A stretch of 64,000 bases of DNA, from NCBI GenBank assembly GCA_963662655.2, contig CAXXTU010000002.1, positions 800,001-864,000 of the forward strand. The letters are read 5' to 3'. Below, one piece after another: positions 37,699 to 47,925 of this stretch (positions are counted from its first letter, which is position 1; every line of letters begins with the position of its first letter). The stretch comes from Candidatus Cloacimonadales bacterium. GTDB taxonomy: Bacteria; Cloacimonadota; Cloacimonadia; Cloacimonadales; JAIOQZ01. The position numbers were made by a program, and so were the translations under genes. The notes under the pieces are model-generated. The model did no database searches, was not told the origin of the DNA, and saw only the letters and a list, made by a program, of their open reading frames with translations.

Positions 37699-39421
37699 AA
37701 TACTCCCCTAACTTCTTACGTTTCTTCCTCTCGACGCTGTACTGGATCAGGCCCAGCAGCAGTAGCAACACGGAAGGAAGCACATAGTTGATCCACTTGA
37801 CCACGAGCTTCAGATCGTTCTCACGCTGACGCATCAGCTTGGATTCCTCCAGAAGACGGCTCGCGCCCTCCGGGGTTTTGGCGTCCACGCCGCGCGTATC
37901 GGACGATTTGACGAAGCGGCTGATGTCCAACGGGCTGAACTCGACTTCGCGGGAACGAAGACGAATGAGGTCTTCATTCTGCGTCATGCCGTCCAATGCG
38001 TTAATCACGAAAATCTGATTGGGAGACACGCCGCGCTGACCTGAATTCTTGAGGAACTCGGCGTCGGAAACGAGGAGAATCTGGCCCTTGTCGGTGTGGT
38101 TGAGCGAATCCGCGAATGCGGGGGATTCCGCATCCGAGTAGTAGCTATCGAACGGGCCGTGGAAGAGCGCTGCGACGAGCTGCTTGCCAACGTACCCTTT
38201 GTTGCCTTGATTGAATTTCTCGATATCCTGCTCGAACATATAGTACGAGGAGGTCGCGGTCTGCTCGGACGACCACAGCAGCGGATCGAAGGTTTGACCC
38301 GGCTTTACGAGCGATGTGTCGATCGGCGAGGTGAAATACATGATCAGCCGGCTCAGGTTCGAAACGATGGGATTATCCTTGTTCACTTCGTTGATGATCG
38401 GAACATACGGGTAATCTGTCACGGCCCCGAAGGGACTCTTTGCTTGCGCGCTGATGCGATCGAGGATGATCTCGTCCTTCATTCCCACACCCCAGTGCTT
38501 CATCGCGTCCAAAAGGTTGGATTTGATCGGGGAAACAGCCTGGTCGACCTGCAACTGGTCCTGGAAAAGCAGGACGTTGCCGCCGGTCATGAGGTATTGA
38601 TCGATGTTGAACAACTGGTTCATGGCCAGCGAGTCGGTCGTGCCGGTGAAGATCAGCGCGGTGATGTCTTCGTCCAGTGGCATGTTCAGGTCGGTCGAGC
38701 GCACCTCGTAGTTGTCCTGAATCATCTGCTTGACTTCATACATCTCGTCAGCCTTCTGCATGACCTGTTCCTTGAGATTCGTGTCGTACTGCATGCGCTG
38801 CAATATCTGCGGAATCTGGTTTTCGCGTACGAACGGCAACGCCTTGTGGATCATCATCGCCATGTCGATGTTTTCGTAGATCGCTACGACCGGAAGCTTG
38901 TTCGCGGTGAGGCGTTTGATTTTGGATGTAATCTCGTATTCGAGGCCGCGTGTGTTCTGAACCACGGGGATCACTTCGCTCTTGCCGTGGTAAAGCGCTA
39001 CGAGGCCCAGGAACGCGTCGCGAGCGACTCGCTTGTCATTTTCCCAGTAATTGACTTGAACAGGCGAGATACCCTGCTTCTTGGCCTCTTCCGTGAATTC
39101 CACCTCGTTGGTGGGATCGATGAACTCGAAGTAGAGTCGTCCACCCGAGGCCGAACGGTATTCGGAGAGCAAATCCTTCGTATATTGGCGCACATCGGAA
39201 AGCTCCGGTGGGAGATCCTTGGTGAAGTACGCCTTGACCACCAGGCGGTCTTCCAGCGAATTCATCAGGTCGTCGCTGACTTTCGAGAGCGTGTAAACCT
39301 GGCCGCGCGTGAGGTCGATCCTCGTATAGATGTTCAGCGACAACAGGTTGATGAAAACGATGATGCCGACGAACAGCAGAAGGTTGATCCATAACGATTT
39401 GGTGTTTCTAATCTTTACCAT
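37691..39421 (-). CDS. GldG-like ABC auxiliary component
   Basis: RIDLTRGQVYTLS, FIDP, EYEITS, IDQYLMTGG, LIRLRSR, C-terminal TM. Confidence 0.88.
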   Translation of the reverse strand: MVKIRNTKSLWINLLLFVGIIVFINLLSLNIYTRIDLTRGQVYTLSKVSDDLMNSLEDRLVVKAYFTKDLPPELSDVRQYTKDLLSEYRSASGGRLYFEFIDPTNEVEFTEEAKKQGISPVQVNYWENDKRVARDAFLGLVALYHGKSEVIPVVQNTRGLEYEITSKIKRLTANKLPVVAIYENIDMAMMIHKALPFVRENQIPQILQRMQYDTNLKEQVMQKADEMYEVKQMIQDNYEVRSTDLNMPLDEDITALIFTGTTDSLAMNQLFNIDQYLMTGGNVLLFQDQLQVDQAVSPIKSNLLDAMKHWGVGMKDEIILDRISAQAKSPFGAVTDYPYVPIINEVNKDNPIVSNLSRLIMYFTSPIDTSLVKPGQTFDPLLWSSEQTATSSYYMFEQDIEKFNQGNKGYVGKQLVAALFHGPFDSYYSDAESPAFADSLNHTDKGQILLVSDAEFLKNSGQRGVSPNQIFVINALDGMTQNEDLIRLRSREVEFSPLDISRFVKSSDTRGVDAKTPEGASRLLEESKLMRQRENDLKLVVKWINYVLPSVLLLLLGLIQYSVERKKRKKLGEYYG

Positions 39422-39430
39422 GTCCCGCTC

Positions 39431-40144
39431 CTATTTCCATTTTCTCGTTTCCATCACCACGACGGCAAGTCGCAGGAACAGAACGGTTAGCGTGATAAAG
39501 AATATGAGGTCTCTTGTATCGAGAACGCCTCGTGCCATCTTGTTATAATGATACAGCACGCTCACGTACTGAAAGAATCCCGCCAGATAGCTGGGCATGT
39601 AGCTCAGCATGTATTGCAGCAGGAAGAAGAAGAACGCGATCGCGAAGCTGATGATGAACGCGATGATCTGGTTGTCCGTGAGGCTGGAAGCGAAAATGCC
39701 GATCGCGCAGTAGACCGCTCCGAGGAGGAGAAGTCCGACATACCCGCAGATGATCGGACCGAAATCGATGTTCTTGCCCAGAACCATGATGGTAATCAGA
39801 TGCACGAATGTGAAGATCAGCCCCAGGCCGATGATCCTGAGCGCCGCGACGAATTTACCGATCACGATGTCGCTGTCGTTCAACGGTAGGGTTGTCAGGA
39901 TTTCCAGCGTTCCGTTGCTCTTCTCGCGTGCGATGGTTCCCATGGCAATCGCGGGGATGATGAACATGAAGATCGTCGGAACAATGTTGAAAAGCAGCAT
40001 CAGGGATGCCTGATTGTATTTGAACAGCTCGTTCGAGAACGTCACACCCGCGAACAGAAGGAAAACGATCAGTACGATGTACGCCGCGGGGGACTTTATA
40101 TATCCGTTGAATTCCTTTCGGTTGATGATTGAAGCGTAACTCAT
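39431..40144 (-). CDS. GldF-like ABC-2 permease
   Basis: KEF..Y..SPAAYI, EKSNGTLEILTTLP, IVIGKF, SSLTDNQIIA, RGVLDTRD. Confidence 0.9.
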   Translation of the reverse strand: MSYASIINRKEFNGYIKSPAAYIVLIVFLLFAGVTFSNELFKYNQASLMLLFNIVPTIFMFIIPAIAMGTIAREKSNGTLEILTTLPLNDSDIVIGKFVAALRIIGLGLIFTFVHLITIMVLGKNIDFGPIICGYVGLLLLGAVYCAIGIFASSLTDNQIIAFIISFAIAFFFFLLQYMLSYMPSYLAGFFQYVSVLYHYNKMARGVLDTRDLIFFITLTVLFLRLAVVVMETRKWK

Positions 40145-41121
40145 CCCTCAACCTCCTCTTTCTTCGTTTGACGCGCCTGCGCCACGCCTTCTTCCTCGAC
40201 GGTCAGGTTGCGGAACACGTCCTCCAGACTCGCGAGCTCACGATACATTTCCAGAAGCGCCCAGTTGCGCGTCTTGATGAAGTTGTAGATCGATTCGCGC
40301 CTGTCTTCGCCGCTGGGGTACTCGAGGGTAACGTGATGGATACCGTCGTCATCGGTCGTGTACTTGAATGTCTGGATGCCCGGAATCGCCTCGGTGATCT
40401 CCGATATCTCGTTTTCGTCTGCCTTCAGCGTCAGCATGAGCTTGGTTTGTCCCTGGAAGCTCGCCTTGAGTTCCTCCGTGCTGCCGTCGGCAACGATCCT
40501 GCCTTTGTTGATGATCACAATGCGATCGCAAACCGCCTGCACTTCCTGCAGGATGTGGCTGGAGATGATGAGGGTCTTGTTCTTGCCGAGTTCCTTGATC
40601 AAGGAGCGGATTTCAAGAATCTGATTCGGGTCCAGACCGGTGGTCGGTTCGTCGAGGATCAGAATCTTGGGATCGTGGATGATCGCCTGAGCCAGGCCGA
40701 CGCGCTGGCGGTAACCCTTCGACAGTGTGCGAATCTGGCGATTGACCACACCGTCCAGGCCGCATTTGGCAACGACGCGACGCAGCGTCTTCTCGAAGTC
40801 TTCCGGCTTGATGTTGCGCGCTTCGGCGATGAATTTCAGATAGTCGTAAACGATCATGTCTGTGTAAAGGGGGTTGCTTTCGGGAAGATATCCGCAAAGC
40901 TGTCGAATCTCACGGGAGTTGTCCAGAATGTTGAGGTTGCCCACCTGGATGTTCCCCTGCGTGGGGGAAAGATATCCGGTCAGGATTCTCAGCGTGGTGG
41001 ATTTGCCTGCGCCGTTTGGCCCAAGGAATCCAAGAATTTCGTTATCCCGGACCTCGAAATTGATGTGATCGACAGCCCGAACATCCCCGTAATTCTTTAC
41101 CAGATTTTGGATTTGAATCAT
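40141..41121 (-). CDS. GldA-like ABC ATP-binding protein
   Basis: GPNGAGKST, LSKGYRQRVGLAQA, LILDEPTTGLDP. Confidence 0.93.
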   Translation of the reverse strand: MIQIQNLVKNYGDVRAVDHINFEVRDNEILGFLGPNGAGKSTTLRILTGYLSPTQGNIQVGNLNILDNSREIRQLCGYLPESNPLYTDMIVYDYLKFIAEARNIKPEDFEKTLRRVVAKCGLDGVVNRQIRTLSKGYRQRVGLAQAIIHDPKILILDEPTTGLDPNQILEIRSLIKELGKNKTLIISSHILQEVQAVCDRIVIINKGRIVADGSTEELKASFQGQTKLMLTLKADENEISEITEAIPGIQTFKYTTDDDGIHHVTLEYPSGEDRRESIYNFIKTRNWALLEMYRELASLEDVFRNLTVEEEGVAQARQTKKEEVEG

Positions 41122-41287
41122 CGGGTCTCTCCTTTCTATCGGGCGTATTTTTTTGATTGTAAAAGCCCTTTTTCTTTATATACCGATTCAACGGCAATGG
41201 AAGCCGAGTGTTTCACTTTTTTCGGGCAAAAAGGAACATTTTGCGGGAAGAGAACCGTGATTGGCGAAACGGCTGTTTCGGAGACGC

Positions 41288-42403
41288 TTAATCGATGTTG
41301 ATGTTCAGCTCGTCCTCTCCGTTTGTCGGCGGCGCCGAGAGAGAAATCTGATCCCCTTCCTCGAGCCCCGAGATGATCTCCACTTTCTGGAAATCGTTGA
41401 TGCCGGTTTTCACCATGACATTGGCGGAAATGGTGTCATTCTCCACCTTGTAAACGATATCGTTCCCGTCCTCATCGTTGAAGATAGCACGGATGGGAAT
41501 TGTCAGGATGTCGGAGCGGGTCTCGCCGATGATGGTAATGTTCGCCGTCATGCCCGGCTTGAGGTGCTCGTCAGAGTTCAGAATGCTGATCTCGATGTCG
41601 AAAACTTTCACGTTGTTGCTCTCGACAGCGGTCGCAGCGATCTTGGTGATTTTGCCCTCGTAGCTCTTGTACGGGAAGGCGTCGACCTGGATGGTTACGT
41701 CCTGATCCTTGTGAATCTTGGAGATATCCACCTCGTTGATGGACGAGCTCACGATCATGTTCGTCAGATCCGCAAGCTTGACCACGACGGTCCCCTCGGA
41801 GTACGACCCGATATCGGAGCGGACCATCTCCCCTTCTTCCACCATCTTCTGGATGACCGTTCCCGATGCGGTCGCAACCACTTTCGCGATGGTTCCTTCC
41901 GTCTCGATGTCTTCGATCAACTGATTCTGCTCGACCCACTTGTCGTAATCGAGCTTGGCGGTGGTGTATTCGTCTTCCGCCTGGTCGAGTTCGTACTGTG
42001 AGATGTAGTTCTTGCCGAACAGCTCGCGGCTGTTGTTCACATCCTCTTCCGCGCGCCTGAGACGTATCTCGGCGGAGCGAAGGTTATTCTTGATGTTGGT
42101 TATCTGCGCGGATTGCTCGTAGGTCGGCTCGATGTAGGCAATCACATCGCCTGCGTGCACGTAGTCGTTTTCATCGACGAAGAACTTGGTTACCTTGCCG
42201 CCGATCTTGGTCTTGATATCGATCTCGCGGATCGGCTGAATCTCGCCCGTTTCCTCGAGCTTGATAACGATCTCGCCTTTCTCCACCTTAATCGATTTCA
42301 CCGTCTTCGAGATCGGAGCAATGTTCCCTTTTTTCTTCTTGAGCAAAACTCCGGCCGTTACGAGCACGGCGATCACGATAATCCAGATAATCCATTTCTT
42401 CAT
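41288..42403 (-). CDS. Efflux periplasmic adaptor (MacA/HlyD-like)
   Basis: N-terminal TM, lipoyl halves, coiled coil, LKPGMTA, EIISGLEEGD. Confidence 0.9.
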   Translation of the reverse strand: MKKWIIWIIVIAVLVTAGVLLKKKKGNIAPISKTVKSIKVEKGEIVIKLEETGEIQPIREIDIKTKIGGKVTKFFVDENDYVHAGDVIAYIEPTYEQSAQITNIKNNLRSAEIRLRRAEEDVNNSRELFGKNYISQYELDQAEDEYTTAKLDYDKWVEQNQLIEDIETEGTIAKVVATASGTVIQKMVEEGEMVRSDIGSYSEGTVVVKLADLTNMIVSSSINEVDISKIHKDQDVTIQVDAFPYKSYEGKITKIAATAVESNNVKVFDIEISILNSDEHLKPGMTANITIIGETRSDILTIPIRAIFNDEDGNDIVYKVENDTISANVMVKTGINDFQKVEIISGLEEGDQISLSAPPTNGEDELNINID

Positions 42404-42524
42404 ATACACCTCAGCTACTTCTTAAACAGTGGTAGTTATATTTTGTTACTGCTGAGATGCGTCAAGTCATAATTTAAATTTACAGCACCATGTACAGCTT
42501 TCATCCCCGTCCATTTGGGCAGGA

Positions 42525-43043
42525 TCAATAATCGATTTGCTTATCGAGTTGTAATCCATACTTTTTATACAATTCGCTATGCAAACCCCACCCTCTAAGC
42601 TTTCCATCGATATAAATCAATAGATATGGTTCATATTCAGGCGTTTTATCATAATTATTCATTTGGGTAACTGGATCCATTGCCATTCCGGGTTGTGTTG
42701 TGCTTGCCCCCGGAACTGGAGTCAAATGAATTGCCACCGTATAATTATAGCGTTGAAATTCGATCCGTACAGTAGTTGAATCTGAATCCACTTTTTCCAG
42801 AAAATCCGGATGGATGGTGATGTCGTATTTATCGTCCAGAGTATAACGCTTGGCTTCCCGCTTAGGGCCTTTGTATTTCAATGACTTTGAGCTGATTGGT
42901 TCCACTTTGATTGTATTGAATACCTGCTCTTTCGTAAGCCCATTCCCCAGCCAATTAATATTTGAATCAGAGATTACGCTCATTGAACATGAGCCGAGAA
43001 TCAATCCACCGAACAAGATCACAATAATTCGCCACAGCTTCAT
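42525..43043 (-). CDS. Hypothetical lipoprotein
   Basis: Lipobox LGSC; visibly AT-richer than neighbours; resembles 43405-43881. Confidence 0.75.
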   Translation of the reverse strand: MKLWRIIVILFGGLILGSCSMSVISDSNINWLGNGLTKEQVFNTIKVEPISSKSLKYKGPKREAKRYTLDDKYDITIHPDFLEKVDSDSTTVRIEFQRYNYTVAIHLTPVPGASTTQPGMAMDPVTQMNNYDKTPEYEPYLLIYIDGKLRGWGLHSELYKKYGLQLDKQIDY

Positions 43044-43136
43044 AAGTTACTCCTTTATCTTTCCTTTTTTATCGTCTGCCTCTGCGATGGTTTATCTTAT
43101 ATCTTGTTATAACCTGCTTTCGCTTTTGTTCCCGTA

Positions 43137-43229
43137 TCATCTTACCGAGGCGATGTTGTCGAAATTGATTTGACCGGTAGCGCAGGAACAAAGCACCAAA
43201 ACAATGGTACACAAATACAGAAATCTCAT
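43137..43229 (-). pseudogene. Truncated lipoprotein (30 aa)
   Basis: MRFLYLCTIVLVLCSCATGQINFDNIASVR* behind GGAGGA; lipobox like the flanking genes. Confidence 0.55.
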
Positions 43230-43404
43230 AGCCAACGTCCTCCCACTAAATATGTCCAACGAAAAACGGATACGAGTTTCGACTTGTCAAGATGAAAAAT
43301 GGTAAACAATTCATCATGGATGCTCATGCAACCACAACTGCGAAGAAAAGGTCTCGATAACAAAGACCGGGATCTGAAGATTACATCCTTCATCGAATAC
43401 GGCG

Positions 43405-43881
43405 CTACTCCCAGAACTTCTTCTTCGCGATCCTCACACCATTGTTCTTGTGAACGTCGGGCAATTCTCCGTAAAACTTGAGCGAATCGTCGATGAGTAT
43501 GAAAGCATACGGCTTCGTTATTTTCTCTTCGATGTATGCGCCGGTCAAAGGATCGGTACGCGACTTCGTATCCTTGACAAAATCGTACATGAGGATGTTC
43601 ACAGCAAGCGAGCCGGATTGATACGCAGCGGACTCGACGAACGTGGAGTCGAAAACGACGTTGTAGTTTTTATCGCCTGGAAGCTTTTTATCCAGCATGT
43701 CTTCACCCGTGAAAACAACGGTGAATTCCCTGACGGGATCAGAATGCAGCACATGAACTAACTGCTCCCTGTTCTGGCCGGACTCGATCAATCGGATATG
43801 GTCGCGATCGATGATCCCGAGTGAGCATGAACATAAAACGATCGCCATCAGTAGAATAGAAATGGACGAAAGTATTTTCAT
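43405..43881 (-). CDS. Hypothetical lipoprotein
   Basis: MKILSSISILLMAIVLCSC lipobox; RBS AAGGAG. Confidence 0.78.
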   Translation of the reverse strand: MKILSSISILLMAIVLCSCSLGIIDRDHIRLIESGQNREQLVHVLHSDPVREFTVVFTGEDMLDKKLPGDKNYNVVFDSTFVESAAYQSGSLAVNILMYDFVKDTKSRTDPLTGAYIEEKITKPYAFILIDDSLKFYGELPDVHKNNGVRIAKKKFWE

Positions 43882-44013
43882 ATAATCTCCTTGCGCAATT
43901 TTCATGAACGAAGAAGATTCATGAACAGAATTCAATCAATGTCAAGATAATTAAAAAAACTTGGGATACCCCCATTTTACTGTGGAATCTTGGTTCGATG
44001 AATATTGATCGAT

Positions 44014-44137
44014 GTTATCCACAGTGTCCTTCGACTCCGCTCAGGATGACACACTGTGGATAACTGCTTACATTTCTGACTGTTGCAAAATAATTGTGTC
44101 ATCCTGAGCGGAGTCGAAGGACAACAATTATTTCGCA
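44014..44137. repeat. Two family C cores (44027-44051 -, 44097-44123 +), each capping a unique inverted repeat
   Basis: Arms GTTATCCACAGTGT/ACACTGTGGATAAC and TGCAAAATAATTG/CAATTATTTCGCA. Confidence 0.92.
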
Positions 44138-44296
44138 TACTCATATCAGTCCTTTTTTACGTATTTTTGAAGCGGTAGGCATAGGTATTTCGTTGCAAAG
44201 CAATGCCATAGGCTTTCATGACATGATAATTATGGAGTATTCCTAAATTGGAGAAACGCCCGGATTTGCTCCGGGCGCTGAAAATGCCGATGCGGT

Positions 44297-46774
44297 CTAT
44301 TTCAGGAGCATCATTTTACCCATGAAAGATTGCCCGTTGAATTCGACCCGATAGTAGTAATTTCCCGTTGGAAGCGTTTCACCTTTTGGATTTCTGCCAC
44401 TCCACACGATCGAATGATCGCCTTCTCCGACGACATTATCCCAGATATTGCACAGTTTGCGACCACGCACGTCAAAGAGAGTGATCGTCATGCGTCCCCC
44501 CTTCTCCGTGTAGACGCGAATGGATGTCGACGGATTGAATGGGTTGGGATAATTACCAAGCAGACTCGTTTTCCGGGGCGCTTGACCCTCGGTACAACCG
44601 GTGAAATAGATATCGACCGACACGGGATCCGACTCCACACCTCCCGGGTATAAAGCCGTCACATCAACATAGTAGGTGTGTTGATTCTCGGGATCGAGGA
44701 TGTCGTAGGTAAGTTCGGTGGTGCTTCCGACAAGCTCGGAATCGACATATATCCGGTACGATTCCAGATCGTACGTACCTTCCCACGGCTCTTCCCAATT
44801 CAGACGGATGTATTCGTTGCTAACGTCGTAGGTCAGGTTGTTCGGCGGGAAATAGAGCGCGTACAGGAATTCGATCTGGACGGGCGCTGATTCCTCGGCT
44901 TCGTAGAGGGCTGTTACCGCGACGTTGTAGGTTTCACCCTGCGCAAGCTCGAAGAACGCCCAGCTCAAGTTCGGAGTCTGGCCGTCGAGCTCTCCGTCGA
45001 GGTAAACCTTGTACCCGACCAGTGGAGAGGTGCTGCCTTCTTGCGGCTCCTGCCAGTAGCAAACGACGTCCGGACCGATGTTGGCGTACAGACCGCGCGG
45101 CGGATTGAGGACATGACCGTCGATCTCCAGATTGCGATAATAGCTGAACGTTCCGTCATAGCAGCCTACAACTATATCCAGATCGCCGTCGGCATCAATA
45201 TCCACCAGAGCCGGCGTTGCGTTTTGGTCTGCCTCCATCTCGCTGAAAAGCATGCTGTTCTCCTGCCAACCCATGTTGTTCGCGAAGTAAGTAACCTCTC
45301 CGAACAGGTTCCCTGCGGCGAAATCGTAGTCTCCGTCCCCATCGAAATCGGCGAAGGCCGGAACGCAGTTCGAGCCGATGTCGATCGTGCCGAAATATCC
45401 GCTGATATCCACCCAGTTCGGTTCCGAAGCGGTTCCCTGATTTTCAAGGTAGCGCATTTCGCCATCTTCCCCACCCACTGCGAGATCGAGGTCGCCGTCG
45501 AAATCCATGTCCAGGAGTCTCGGTGAGGACCACCCAGAATTGGAGTAGCCGGTAAAGGTGCACGGTACTTCAACGAGGTTCAATCCGCTGTTGTTCCGGT
45601 GGTAGTAGAGATTCCCCGATAGATCACCGATGATCGCGTCGGGATACCCGTCGTCGTTGACATCGCCAATAGCAACGGCTGCGTAGATCGAGTGATCGAT
45701 ACTGGCGAAGAGGCTGCTATCCTCCTGCCAGGCGGGGCAGTTCGCGTTGCCGATGTTCTCGTAGTATTTGATGCTCCCCAGGTTGCTTCCGCTGATCATA
45801 TCCAGGTCGCCGTCGTCGTCGAAATCGTAGAACACAGGATTGCTCGCTCCGCCGACATCGATCACCCCGCCAAACAGCGCGGTGTTCTCGCTCCAGTTGG
45901 GAGCCGTACCTGAGCCAGTGTTCTGCCAGTAACACAGAGGCCCGCCGGCGGTGCCGTAAATAAGATCGTACACACCGTCCCCATCCAGATCGACGAGGTC
46001 GGGAGAATTCCAGTATGTGTCGGTTCCGAGACCCGAGAATGCTGTGGCGTTCTCCTGCCAGTCGGGATTGGATGCGGATCCGTTATTCTCGTAATAGACA
46101 AAAAGGTGGCTGTCCCTTCCACACAGGATATCCTGATCCCCGTCGCCGTCGAAATCACGGAATACCGGGTAGGCGTACAGCCCAATATCTCCGACGAAAG
46201 TCATGTCCGATTGGTTGAATTGCGCGTTCTGAGCAGTGCCCGTGTTCTCGTAAACGAGCACGCCGCCGTCTTCGCTCATGCCGACAACCAGATCGAAGTC
46301 GTCGTCGTCATCGATGTCGGCCAGATCCGGGACGGGATTGCTGCCGACTGCAAGACTACTGAACACGCCGGGAACGATCGAGAAATCCGGGGACGTAGCC
46401 GTTCCGTCGTTGCGGTAGAAGTTGATGCCGGTATATCCTCCGGTGATGAGATCGAGATCGCCATCCGCATCGATATCGACGCAAACGCCGACTTCCGCGT
46501 TGAGCGACGAGACGCCGGAGAATATGTCCGCTCCGCTCGAGAATGCGGGTGATGAAGCGCTTCCCGTGTTTTCGAAATACATGGGAGATTGTCCTGAGCT
46601 TCCCAGGATCAAATCCTGATCGCCGTCGCCGTCGAGATCGGCAAAACGCGGCTGCGAAAACGTCAGGCTCGGGATTCCGCTTGGATTGAATACGCCATCA
46701 TCCTGCTCCCAAGGCTGAGCCATTAGAAAAGACGATAGTAACAAAAAAACTGCAATAATGGTTGATTTCTTCAT
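44297..46774 (-). CDS. Secreted FG-GAP/VCBS-repeat protein with two FN3-like domains and a FlgD-Ig C-terminal domain
   Basis: Signal peptide; many DxDxDGDxDL..G repeats; GNYPNPFNPST...KMMLLK. Confidence 0.92.
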   Translation of the reverse strand: MKKSTIIAVFLLLSSFLMAQPWEQDDGVFNPSGIPSLTFSQPRFADLDGDGDQDLILGSSGQSPMYFENTGSASSPAFSSGADIFSGVSSLNAEVGVCVDIDADGDLDLITGGYTGINFYRNDGTATSPDFSIVPGVFSSLAVGSNPVPDLADIDDDDDFDLVVGMSEDGGVLVYENTGTAQNAQFNQSDMTFVGDIGLYAYPVFRDFDGDGDQDILCGRDSHLFVYYENNGSASNPDWQENATAFSGLGTDTYWNSPDLVDLDGDGVYDLIYGTAGGPLCYWQNTGSGTAPNWSENTALFGGVIDVGGASNPVFYDFDDDGDLDMISGSNLGSIKYYENIGNANCPAWQEDSSLFASIDHSIYAAVAIGDVNDDGYPDAIIGDLSGNLYYHRNNSGLNLVEVPCTFTGYSNSGWSSPRLLDMDFDGDLDLAVGGEDGEMRYLENQGTASEPNWVDISGYFGTIDIGSNCVPAFADFDGDGDYDFAAGNLFGEVTYFANNMGWQENSMLFSEMEADQNATPALVDIDADGDLDIVVGCYDGTFSYYRNLEIDGHVLNPPRGLYANIGPDVVCYWQEPQEGSTSPLVGYKVYLDGELDGQTPNLSWAFFELAQGETYNVAVTALYEAEESAPVQIEFLYALYFPPNNLTYDVSNEYIRLNWEEPWEGTYDLESYRIYVDSELVGSTTELTYDILDPENQHTYYVDVTALYPGGVESDPVSVDIYFTGCTEGQAPRKTSLLGNYPNPFNPSTSIRVYTEKGGRMTITLFDVRGRKLCNIWDNVVGEGDHSIVWSGRNPKGETLPTGNYYYRVEFNGQSFMGKMMLLK

Positions 46775-46929
46775 TGTACCCCCTATGTAGCCGAATACAA
46801 CAATGCGTTCGAATCCTTCAACGTGTCAATCAGTTTGTGCGGGGAGTAGTTGCGAAGTATTGCATGGAATGAGGGGAAAAACAATCCCCCTTGGCGACAC
46901 CGAGGGGGATTATAATTAGCAAGCAGTCT

Positions 46930-47883
46930 TTACTTGATGATCTGAGCGCCTTTGATCAATGTTGTCGTGAATTGAGCGTTGAGCTTCTTTGCAATCTTCA
47001 TGTTGAGGATAACGTTACCTTCCTTGTTCTGAGCGAGTTCGATGTTGGAAGGTTTCGTGCCACCCAAGATTTTGATGGCCGCTTTTGCAGCCCAGCTTCC
47101 TTGCTCGTCGGCAACCTTGGTGAAGCCGATCAACGCATAGTTGGCCATCCAGTCGTAGATGGTACCGATAGGAATGGCCGCGTTCTCGAGGACGAATTTC
47201 TCCGCTTCAGCGTCGTTCCAGCCGCTGATCCCCGCGTTGTTTCCAACGATCAGCATGTCAACGCTCGATTGCAGAGCGGCAAATCCCTTCTTCCATTCTT
47301 CGAAGTTCTGAACATAGATTTCTTCCATCTGGAGCCCGAATTTCTTGGTGTAATTCTCGGCTTCCTTCTTCGCGGTGAAGTTGTCCGCTTCGATGTATCC
47401 GATTTTCTCCCCCTTGGCATATTTCTTCAGCATCTCGACAAGCTGTTTGATGGGTGCGACCTCGATCATGCCGGTTGTGTTCTTGTAGGGCATTCCATAC
47501 CCGGAAGCATCCCAGTTCACTCCACAGAAAACAAAGGGAATGTCGGAATCTTTGTAATACTGCATGATCACATACTTGGCTGCGTTGTCGTCGGCTGTAA
47601 TAACCACGTCGGGTTTCCAGGAATCGATGGTTTCCTTGACCATCTTTGCCGCTTTCTGCTTGAATTCTTCGGATGGATTGTTCTTCGTGTCCATGCGGAC
47701 GATCTTAAGCGTAGCTCCGCTTGGCTTGATGATGCTTTGGACTCCGTTGGTAACGCCGTCGCTCCACGCGTAACCTTCATGATAGGAATCGACAAAGAGC
47801 ACCTTCTTACCTGTGTAATCCTGGGCAATGAGTAATGATGCGGTGATTGAAAGCAAAATTGCGAGAACAAGAATTCTTTTCAT
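46930..47883 (-). CDS. Periplasmic substrate-binding protein (ABC_sub_bind-like)
   Basis: Signal peptide; VDSYHEGYAW, MDTK, PDVVITADDNA, PFVFCGVN. Confidence 0.85.
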   Translation of the reverse strand: MKRILVLAILLSITASLLIAQDYTGKKVLFVDSYHEGYAWSDGVTNGVQSIIKPSGATLKIVRMDTKNNPSEEFKQKAAKMVKETIDSWKPDVVITADDNAAKYVIMQYYKDSDIPFVFCGVNWDASGYGMPYKNTTGMIEVAPIKQLVEMLKKYAKGEKIGYIEADNFTAKKEAENYTKKFGLQMEEIYVQNFEEWKKGFAALQSSVDMLIVGNNAGISGWNDAEAEKFVLENAAIPIGTIYDWMANYALIGFTKVADEQGSWAAKAAIKILGGTKPSNIELAQNKEGNVILNMKIAKKLNAQFTTTLIKGAQIIK

Positions 47884-47925
47884 AGGAACGCTCCTTTTGA
47901 GGAATTTTTTATGTAAGAATCGATT

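Noticed and set aside
44014..44064. Two perfect DnaA boxes (TTATCCACA, TGTGGATAA) suggesting oriC
   Set aside because: They are the two arms of one inverted repeat around a family C core, so they are not independent. There is no box cluster, no dnaA/dnaN nearby and no gene-strand switch here.
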